Shown one piece after another: positions 49,441 through 57,150 of a stretch of DNA of 64,000 bases (positions within the stretch are counted from its first letter, which is position 1; every line of letters starts with the position of its first letter). A program made the translations under genes and the position numbers. Source of the stretch: Thermoplasmata archaeon (lineage in GTDB: Archaea > Thermoplasmatota > Thermoplasmata > Lutacidiplasmatales > UBA184); the NCBI GenBank assembly GCA_035501555.1, contig DATJWA010000027.1, positions 256,156-320,155 of the forward strand, in the 5' to 3' direction. The notes under the pieces are model-generated. The model ran no database searches, was not told where the DNA came from, and was given only the letters and a program-made list of their open reading frames with translations.

Positions 49441-49461
49441 AGAGGAGGCGGGGTCCAGGAA

Positions 49462-50814
49462 TCACCGCGATACCGCGAGGAACGTCTCCCAGTTCCCCTC
49501 CACGCCCTTGAACCGGCGGGACCCCCGTTCCTCAAACCGCACCTCTGAGCCTACGGATAGGTCACGGACAGTTCGTGAGGTCACGATCTCGCCGCCGCCA
49601 GCGGAATCGCAGATCCGGGACGCAAGGTGGACCGCCATCCCGACGACGTCGTTGTCTGCCACGAGGCACTCACCGGTGTGAACTCCGGCCCGAAGCTCGA
49701 GGCCCCGTTGTTTCGCCTGGTCCCGAGCGGATTGTGCGAAGCGTACCGCCCGGGTCGGTCCGTCGAAGGTGGCGAGGAACCCATCGCCAGTCGTCTTCAC
49801 CAATCGACCCCGGAAGCGGGTGATTTCGGCGCGGGACCCAGCGAGGAAGGACTCCAGAATCTCCCTCCAACTGTGATCACCCAGCCGGGAGGCGAGTCGG
49901 GTCGAATCGACGATGTCGGCGAAGACTACGGTCTTGAGTACTCGGTCCTCGTCAGGCAAACCCGATGGTAGGCTGGTGAGGAACGATTTCTGGGCACGGA
50001 GGGAGGCGGCGCTCGCTTCGGGGTTCGCCCAGAAGAAGTGGTCTCGTCCCGGAATGGAAACAATCCGAGACCCAGCCACGCGGGAGGCGACGTAATCCGC
50101 GTTCTCCTCACGAACGGCCCTGTCGCCCGGGCATTTCAGGATGAGCGTCGGGACGTGAACCGCCGGAAGAGTCGCCCGAACGTCAATTTCAAGGTTCATC
50201 CGCGCGAGGGAGGCGGCCGCGGAGGGCGACGAACCAAACCGGATCACCCGCCCGTACCATCGTTTGAAATCGGGATCCGCTACCCGGCTCGGGGCCTGTG
50301 TCGACAAAAGTCGGTCGATGTGCGGAGGCGTCCCCCAATCCTCGTCCGAAAGTCGGATGGACTCCTCCACCTCTTCGCGCGTGGGGGCGAAGGCGAAGTC
50401 GGGAGCCCACGCACCTCGGACCGTCGGAGCGATAAGGATGAGGCCCAAGGTTCGTTCCGGGTAGGTCGCCGCGAACAGGAGGGCCATCGCCGCCGTGTCG
50501 GTGGCTCCAAAAATCACCGCACGATGACTCTTCGCCGCGTCCATGACGGCCCGGAGATCATCCATCCGGTCCTCGAGCGTCGGCGTCCCAACCGCTCGGT
50601 CCGAGAGACCCACACCGCGCTTGTCCCACAGGATCACCCGGGCGGCGCTCCCTAGATCCCGGAAGTATCCCGCGACCGCTGGCTGCTCCCAGACGAGTTC
50701 GAGATGAGAGATTGCCGTACGACCGTAGACCAGGTCGACGGGACCCGCCCCGAACACCTCGTAGGCGATGCGAAGGTCGCCGCTACGGGCGTACCGGACT
50801 TCGGGAACCTCCAT
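49462..50814 (-). CDS. Alpha/beta-hydrolase – class III cyclase fusion (LipJ/Rv1900c-like, paralog H).
   Basis: N-terminal alpha/beta-hydrolase fold. C-terminal CHD (FADIVDSTRLASRLGD…KTTGDGFLATF…GECLVADNDVVGMAVHLASRI). Confidence 0.9.
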   Translation of the reverse strand: MEVPEVRYARSGDLRIAYEVFGAGPVDLVYGRTAISHLELVWEQPAVAGYFRDLGSAARVILWDKRGVGLSDRAVGTPTLEDRMDDLRAVMDAAKSHRAVIFGATDTAAMALLFAATYPERTLGLILIAPTVRGAWAPDFAFAPTREEVEESIRLSDEDWGTPPHIDRLLSTQAPSRVADPDFKRWYGRVIRFGSSPSAAASLARMNLEIDVRATLPAVHVPTLILKCPGDRAVREENADYVASRVAGSRIVSIPGRDHFFWANPEASAASLRAQKSFLTSLPSGLPDEDRVLKTVVFADIVDSTRLASRLGDHSWREILESFLAGSRAEITRFRGRLVKTTGDGFLATFDGPTRAVRFAQSARDQAKQRGLELRAGVHTGECLVADNDVVGMAVHLASRICDSAGGGEIVTSRTVRDLSVGSEVRFEERGSRRFKGVEGNWETFLAVSR

Positions 50815-50925
50815 CGCCCACCGGCCGGAATCGAACGCGAACGGGGTATATCGACTGTCCGGGGGGCCGATGCGAAGAGACCTTTGGCCCCCGTGCGAAG
50901 ACGACCCCTCGGAAATCTCAAAAGA

Positions 50926-50964
50926 GGTCGGAGGGGGGAACTCCCAGTTTGTTCAAGTCCCCCA
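50926..50964 (+). repeat. tRNA-3'-end-like hairpin repeat.
   Basis: ggtcggaggggggaactcccagtttgttcaagtcccccac. Confidence 0.55.
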
Positions 50965-50975
50965 CCGAAGTACGG

Positions 50976-51713
50976 TCACTCAATCTCCTTCGCTGACCCG
51001 TCGCGCGCGCGGAAGGAATTCCATCCATCGGTAGCGTCCAAACTGAGCGTCCCCTTCAACAGCGCTCGCTTCGTACCGTTCGAGACGGCGAACTCGACCT
51101 CCAGCGGGTGTGAGAGGGCCTCGTGACCGGCCGCTTGGAGGAGACCGTCCCGGATCGCCGGATTGCGGGTCCAATGAATCTCAGTGAAGGCGCCGGCCAA
51201 AAGCGCCGGCTCGTAGGCCACCTCCACCCCTCCCACTTTGGCCCGAAGTTCCCGCACGACCTCAGCGGAACAGTTGTAGAGGAACAATCGATGGGAAGCG
51301 CGCCGAGAGCTCGCGCGAGCGATGTACGAGGATTCGACGGCCTCGCGTTGCTTCTCGCCCATCGGCCAGAGGAAGGTGTAGGCGAGTCGTGTCCGGGGGG
51401 ATCGTCCGCCCCCACGCGACCCACTCCGCCATCGCTGCACCTGGCGCAAGCGGGCGCGAAGGTTCGGAGTGTCGGCTTTCCAGCTACCGTGGGAGGCCGG
51501 CGCCCATTCGGCGAGCCCGCGTTCGATGTCGCTCGCGGACCAGTCGGGATGCTGCCGCTCAAGAACAAAGACAAGTCGCTCTAACTCCGCCCGGTCCGCC
51601 TTCGTCACGGCCCGCCCTGCGACAGTTGTCGCACTCCTTCTGGAGCGCCGGAACGCGTTCCCTCCGATAAGAAGCCCGTTGGTCGCGCGACAGCCGGACC
51701 GAAACGTCGACAC
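50976..51713 (-). CDS. Hypothetical protein (weak support).
   Basis: ORF with partly protein-like composition in its C-terminal half. No recognisable domain. Confidence 0.3.
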   Translation of the reverse strand: MSTFRSGCRATNGLLIGGNAFRRSRRSATTVAGRAVTKADRAELERLVFVLERQHPDWSASDIERGLAEWAPASHGSWKADTPNLRARLRQVQRWRSGSRGGGRSPRTRLAYTFLWPMGEKQREAVESSYIARASSRRASHRLFLYNCSAEVVRELRAKVGGVEVAYEPALLAGAFTEIHWTRNPAIRDGLLQAAGHEALSHPLEVEFAVSNGTKRALLKGTLSLDATDGWNSFRARDGSAKEIE

Positions 51714-52197
51714 AATTGGTTGTTGTGGCTAGAATGCCACGAAGAGAGAGAACATGGAGGCGAAAGCGGTGGTGGACGCGGCGGGGGCGATCGTGGGACT
51801 GTGCCGAATGGGCGTGGTGGCGGCGATGACCGACACCCTCCGGGGGACGGAGGTAGTTTTGGGCATGGCCCGAGGATTCCTGGCAACGACGATCGGGGGG
51901 AGATGTGGTCCGGCCAGCTCCTGCCCGAGATTCCCGTATTAAACGACCGAGACTCCCTCGTCGGTCCGGGGCCCCTCGCCGAAGCGAGGGGCCCCGATGC
52001 AGCCGGTCGACGTACTCGAGGAAGGGAGAGGCGTACAGCCGGCGGCGCTAGGGCGCTTAATGCTGTGAAGGCTATTCATGGGATGTGCTCCCGACTCCCG
52101 CTCCCGGTCGATTGGCCGCCTTCCTCGGGCGTCGAGCCTGGCGGTTTCCGGCGTCCGATGACTTCCCCTCCCTGATTGCTCCTCCGGCGGTTGGGTC

Positions 52198-54660
52198 ATG
52201 CGAGACCCCGTGTGGTTCTCGGTTCTCCATCGCCGGACCTTGTCGCGCCCGTCCAAACGCATGAGGCCCGCAGGTCAACAGTCAGACTCGGCGAACGGCA
52301 CGACTTCGTCCACGACCCGCATTGAAGGGATCTCTTCCCCGTCGGCCCCGCCCGCCGATATCGGTGTCCCGACCCGGACGGTCGGCCGGGAAGGCGAAAT
52401 CCGCACAATCGCCGACTTTCTTGGACGAATTGAAAGGAGGTCGGAGAGCGTTCTTCTCTTCTCCGGAGAAGCCGGGGTCGGTAAAACACGTCTCCTCCGT
52501 GAGGCCGAGTCGAGGGCCACGAAGATCGGAATGACGGTCCTCTCGGTCGATTGTGGTGCCCTGGACCACGGGGTCGCCTACGGTCCATGGGTCGAATTGC
52601 TTCGGCACTACCTTGAAACGACTCCTCGGAAGCAGGCGTATTCAACGGTCCAGCCGCACCTGCGTGCCCTCAGCTCCATCGCGCCGGGGTTGAACGACCT
52701 TGTGTGGCTCTTTGACCCGAGCCACAGGTCCGGCACCGACGGGCGTGAGACTCGGGTCGAACCGATTGGCCGTTTCTTTGTCGCCATCGCGGACGAACGT
52801 CCGCTGCTGCTCGCGATAGACGACCTCGGCAGTGCGGACAACTCTTCGCTAGAGCTCTTGGGGAGTGTCGCGCGCTTGGGTCGACCGTTCCCCCTCGGAA
52901 TCGTGGGCACCTATCGCGACACGCAACCGGAGGAGAACAAACCGCTGCGGCACCTGCTGTCGAACCTCGAGAGTCAGAAGTCTTGCACCACCGTGACTGT
53001 CCGCCCCCTCGACCGAGATCACCTGGGTGTGCTCATCGGCGAGGTGCTCCAAACGAAGGAGGTCCCGACCGCGTTGCGGGATGCCGTGTTCGAGAAGTCC
53101 CGAGGCAACCCGTACTATGCCGCGGAGATTGCCCAATGGCTGCTGGAGGCGGGTACCCTCCGTGCGACGTCCGCGGGCCGGTCGTGGGACTCGGACTCGA
53201 AATTGGAGCTACCCGCCCCCTTCGAGCGAGCGATCGAGGTCCGTCTCGGTCGGACCCCGAGCCTGAACCTCCCCGTCGGGAGTATCCAGGATCGACTTGC
53301 GATTCTGCCGTTTGCCAACCTCAGTCCGGACCCGGGTGACGCGTATTTCGCCGACGGACTCACCGAGGAGATGATTGGCGTGGTCTCCCAGGTGAAGGGG
53401 TTCCAGGTGATTGCCCGCACCTCAGTGATGCCCTACAAATCTGCCTCGAAAGGGGTCTTCCAGATCGGGCTCGAACTGGGCGTCTCATCGATCCTCGAAG
53501 GAAGCGTTCGTCGAGCCGGAGATCGGTTGCGGATCGCGGTGCAATTGATCGACGTACGATCCCAGGCCCACCTCTGGGCGCACACCTTCGAGCGCGCGCT
53601 CGGCGACGTGTTTGCCGTGCAGTCCGAGATCGCGAGAAAGGTGGCGAATGCACTCAAGATCAAATTGGGCCCGGCCGAGAGGAGTCGGCTGGAATCCAGA
53701 CGCTCGGTGCGGCCGGATTCGTACCTTGCCTACCTGAGGGGCCGGATCTCGTTGCATACCCATACCCAGGCATCCTTGGAGACCGCGAAGAACGAATTCG
53801 AACGGTCCATTTCGCTCGACCCGATGAACGCCGCCGCTCATGCCGGACTCGCCGCTGTAACGGAGATGATAGCGTGGTGGTTCCCAGGACCAGGCTTCAA
53901 GAGATCGACCCGAGGGAGCCGGGGATTGGCGGCGCGGGCGCTCGACCTCGACCCAGACCTCGCGGAGGCGCATGAGGCGGTCGCGTTGGTCCTGGAAGCC
54001 GAGTACGACTATCGGGGGGCGGAAAAGGAATTCAAGTTGGCTCTGGAGCTGAGTCCGAGCTACTCGATCGCGCACCATAACTACGCCTCTATTCTGGAGG
54101 AGATGGGACGGCCCGAAGAAGCGCTCTTGCAGTACTCACTCGCCGAGGGAGCCGACCCTCTTTGGGCGAGGAACCTCTTCTGGTTCGCCACCTTACTCGT
54201 CTGGTCGGGTCGGCCGGACGAAGCTCTCGTGAAGATCCGAGCGCTCGGCCAACTGGAACCCGACGGGGTGGACTATCACGCCGCCCTCACCACCTACTAC
54301 CTTTCCCAGTCCAAACCCCAGGAAGCTCTCGACGAGCTTCGTAAGGTCGTCGAGCTGGAGCCAGAACCTCGTCGCAAGTCGGTCTATCGGGCTCGCTACC
54401 TCGCGCTTTCGGGCAGGAAGAAGGAGGCCGAGGCCCAACTTCGGCACGAAGAATCGTTGCCCGTAGTTGGCGTCATCACGTGGGCCATCGCGCTGACGTA
54501 CGCCGAAATGGGGAACCTCGATGACTGTTTTCGTCTGATGGAGCAGGCCGCCGACGCTGGGTACGTTGCGTTCCAGCAACCGAGGCTGAATCCGATTTAC
54601 GAAAACGTCCGAACCGACCCGAGACTCCAGCAATTGTTAGCAAAGTTGGGCATCCCATGA
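52198..54660 (+). CDS. STAND/AAA ATPase – TolB-N-like – TPR protein lacking the cyclase domain (paralog E).
   Basis: Walker A FSGEAGVGKTRL. ILPFANLSPDPGDAYFADGLTEE segment. TPR repeats. No CHD and no TTAATCTAAC promoter block. Start uncertain: 52198 or 52261. Confidence 0.8.
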   Translation: MRDPVWFSVLHRRTLSRPSKRMRPAGQQSDSANGTTSSTTRIEGISSPSAPPADIGVPTRTVGREGEIRTIADFLGRIERRSESVLLFSGEAGVGKTRLLREAESRATKIGMTVLSVDCGALDHGVAYGPWVELLRHYLETTPRKQAYSTVQPHLRALSSIAPGLNDLVWLFDPSHRSGTDGRETRVEPIGRFFVAIADERPLLLAIDDLGSADNSSLELLGSVARLGRPFPLGIVGTYRDTQPEENKPLRHLLSNLESQKSCTTVTVRPLDRDHLGVLIGEVLQTKEVPTALRDAVFEKSRGNPYYAAEIAQWLLEAGTLRATSAGRSWDSDSKLELPAPFERAIEVRLGRTPSLNLPVGSIQDRLAILPFANLSPDPGDAYFADGLTEEMIGVVSQVKGFQVIARTSVMPYKSASKGVFQIGLELGVSSILEGSVRRAGDRLRIAVQLIDVRSQAHLWAHTFERALGDVFAVQSEIARKVANALKIKLGPAERSRLESRRSVRPDSYLAYLRGRISLHTHTQASLETAKNEFERSISLDPMNAAAHAGLAAVTEMIAWWFPGPGFKRSTRGSRGLAARALDLDPDLAEAHEAVALVLEAEYDYRGAEKEFKLALELSPSYSIAHHNYASILEEMGRPEEALLQYSLAEGADPLWARNLFWFATLLVWSGRPDEALVKIRALGQLEPDGVDYHAALTTYYLSQSKPQEALDELRKVVELEPEPRRKSVYRARYLALSGRKKEAEAQLRHEESLPVVGVITWAIALTYAEMGNLDDCFRLMEQAADAGYVAFQQPRLNPIYENVRTDPRLQQLLAKLGIP

Positions 54661-54745
54661 CAATCCGTTGATTTCGACCTCCCGTCGACGGTGAACCCCC
54701 CCTTTCGGAGAGGAGACCGGGATTGCGAAGGGCGTTGCACGATGA

Positions 54746-54786
54746 ATGTCGGAGGGGGACATTACTGAATTGTTCATATCCCCGAC
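54746..54786 (+). repeat. tRNA-3'-end-like hairpin repeat.
   Basis: atgtcggagggggacattactgaattgttcatatccccgac. Confidence 0.65.
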
Positions 54787-54927
54787 TTGGGGGTCAGCGA
54801 GAAAGCACGATTGCGAGACCACCGGTAGTCGGGTTATCGCGGTTACCGGACTACCCGGAGCGGCTGGGCTCCCGACACGCCAGATGCCCACAGTCGACCA
54901 GGTAAATCGCGGGCTTTTCCGCGAACC

Positions 54928-54963
54928 GGGGCTTAATCTAACGAATACCGTTTCCGGGCCATG
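54928..54963 (+). promoter_or_regulatory. Conserved paralog promoter block GGGGCTTAATCTAAC upstream of cyclase F.
   Basis: Same motif and spacing. This gene uses an ATG start. Confidence 0.6.
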
Positions 54964-56892
54964 GCCTCCAGTCGCCGACTCGCCGCCATCATGTTCACGG
55001 ACATGGTCGGCTCCACGGCTTCAGCGCAGGCCAATGAGGCAAGGGCCCTCCGGTTGCGGGACGAGCAGGCCGGACTGGTCCGTCCCCTCTTCGCCGCCCA
55101 TCAAGGGCGCGAAGTCAAGTCAATGGGCGATGGCTTCCTAGCCGAGTTCGATAGCGCACTCCGAGCCGTGCAGTGTGCGATTGACATCCAACAGCATTTG
55201 CACGAACGGAATTCCCAGCCAGGCGTGGCACCGATTCAACTTCGTATTGGAGTTCATTTGGGGGACGTCGAAGAACGCGAGCGCGACATCTTCGGCGACG
55301 CAGTCAACATCGCCTCACGCATCGAGCCGCTCGCGCCCCCCGGAGGCGTCTGCATCTCGGGAGAGGTATCCAGTCAGATCAGAAACAAGATCCCGAACCG
55401 GCTCGAGAAACTGCCGCCGACGGCGCTGAAGGGGTTGCAGGCATCGATCGACATCTATCAAGTGGTATTGCCTTGGACGGAAGCGGGCGGCGCTGGGTTG
55501 TCCGAAGTCAATCGGAACCGGATCGCGATCCTTCCCCTCGCCAACTTCAGTCAAGCCGCCGGCGACGAGTACTTCGCGGACGGGATGACAGACGAGATCA
55601 TTTCGACGGTGTCAGGGATCAGCGGCCTCAGCGTGATCTCGCGGACATCTGTAATGAGATACAAACAGACCTCCAAGAGCATGACCGAGATCGGACGCGA
55701 ACTAAAGGCAGGAAAGCTCCTGGAAGGGAGCGTTCGGAAGTCCGGAAATCGGGTGCGGATCACCGTCCAACTGATCGACGCCGAGAGCGACGCCCATCTC
55801 TGGGCCCAGAGCTACGACGGGAGCATCGACGACGTCTTCGAGACCCAGTCCGAAATCGCTCGCAAGATTGCAGAGGCGCTGAAGCTACCCTCGCCTCGGG
55901 GCGGAGGCCGGGCTGAGAGTCCTGAGGTCTACCCGCTCTGCCTCCAGGCCCGCACATTGTGGCATAAGTTCACCCGCGAAGCGAACGAGCAGGCGATGCT
56001 CCTGTTGGAAGGCGCCCTAAAGATCGATCCCGAGTCCGCTCGGGCGACGGCCGGGCTCGCGGATTGTTACGTTACCGCAGCTAACGCCGATTGGGTTGAG
56101 AAGGACGAAGGTTACGGCAAAGCTAGAACGCTGGCCAGACGTGCGCTCGAGCAGGACGCCTCGCTGCCCGAGGCCCATTTCGCCCTAGGCCATGTGTTGA
56201 TAGTGGACGACTACCCCGCAGCCGAGGCCGAACTCAAAAAAGCGCTCACGCTGAACCCCAGTCACGCGGACGCCCACGAGTGGTACGCGGAAATCCTGCG
56301 AGGCATGGGTCGAGTGGCTGAGGCGACGCGGGAAGTCGAGAGGGCCCTCGAACTGGACCCGCTCCCGCCCAGTCGGGCGTTTTTCTTGGCGACCCAATAC
56401 TACTTCGAAGGGCGTAATGACGAGGCGATCGCAGTCTGCAACAAGATCATCCAGACGGAGCCGGGGTATGCCTGGGCGTATGCCGGGCGGGCCGTGCTGA
56501 CTTCCATCAACGGAGAGAGGGAGAGAGCCTACCGGGATTTGCAAACCTACAGACGACTACAGCGGGACGAGATCGCGTACAAGAGCCTCCAGGCTCGGAT
56601 CGAAGCTCACCTGGGAAACAAGGAAGAAGCGTCACGCCTCATCGATGAGGTGCTCGCGCTCGAGGCAGCGAGTGAATCCCCGAATGCGCGAAGCGAAACT
56701 TACCAGCTATCCTTTGCGTATGCCCTCATCGATGATCGAGCGAGATTCTTTCCGTTCGTGGAAGGTCTGATCGACCACAATAAGATGGATCCCGGTGAAC
56801 TTCGGGACCCCGCGTACCAAAACATGGCGAGTGATCTTCGATTCGCATCCCTCCTCCAGAAACTCCGCAAATCCTACGGCATTTCCAACTGA
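54961..56892 (+). CDS. Class III cyclase (CHD) – TolB-N-like – TPR protein (paralog F; mosaic of a D-like CHD and an A-like C-terminus).
   Basis: The CHD is ~85% identical to paralog D. The C-terminal 450 aa are ~80% identical to paralog A. Confidence 0.9.
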   Translation: MASSRRLAAIMFTDMVGSTASAQANEARALRLRDEQAGLVRPLFAAHQGREVKSMGDGFLAEFDSALRAVQCAIDIQQHLHERNSQPGVAPIQLRIGVHLGDVEERERDIFGDAVNIASRIEPLAPPGGVCISGEVSSQIRNKIPNRLEKLPPTALKGLQASIDIYQVVLPWTEAGGAGLSEVNRNRIAILPLANFSQAAGDEYFADGMTDEIISTVSGISGLSVISRTSVMRYKQTSKSMTEIGRELKAGKLLEGSVRKSGNRVRITVQLIDAESDAHLWAQSYDGSIDDVFETQSEIARKIAEALKLPSPRGGGRAESPEVYPLCLQARTLWHKFTREANEQAMLLLEGALKIDPESARATAGLADCYVTAANADWVEKDEGYGKARTLARRALEQDASLPEAHFALGHVLIVDDYPAAEAELKKALTLNPSHADAHEWYAEILRGMGRVAEATREVERALELDPLPPSRAFFLATQYYFEGRNDEAIAVCNKIIQTEPGYAWAYAGRAVLTSINGERERAYRDLQTYRRLQRDEIAYKSLQARIEAHLGNKEEASRLIDEVLALEAASESPNARSETYQLSFAYALIDDRARFFPFVEGLIDHNKMDPGELRDPAYQNMASDLRFASLLQKLRKSYGISN

Positions 56893-56929
56893 GATCTCGT
56901 TCGGTGGTTCGGCGCCCTGGCTTGGAAGG

Positions 56930-56970
56930 GTGTCGGAGGGGGACACTACTGAATTCTTCATATCCCCGAC
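56930..56970 (+). repeat. tRNA-3'-end-like hairpin repeat.
   Basis: gtgtcggagggggacactactgaattcttcatatccccgac. Confidence 0.65.
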
Positions 56971-57114
56971 AACCCCCGTTTCTCGATGAAAGCCCGATTA
57001 CGCAACTACCTGTAGTCGGGAAAGTGCGATTGTGAGACTACACGAAGCGCTCGGCCTTCTAGGGGTTTGGATACATCAAATCAACTGGGCGGAACAAGAC
57101 CTCCGCGTTGAGCC

Positions 57115-57150
57115 GGGGCTTAATCTAACAAGTGCCGTTCCCGGGGAGTG
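57115..57150 (+). promoter_or_regulatory. Conserved paralog promoter block GGGGCTTAATCTAAC upstream of cyclase G.
   Basis: Same motif and spacing. Confidence 0.6.

Noticed and set aside
51754-51942. 62-aa ORF (MEAKAVVDAAGAIVGL…) with a purine-rich stretch upstream.
   Set aside because: Too short and Gly/Ala-rich to distinguish from chance in this GC context. There is no recognisable motif, so it is not listed as a feature.
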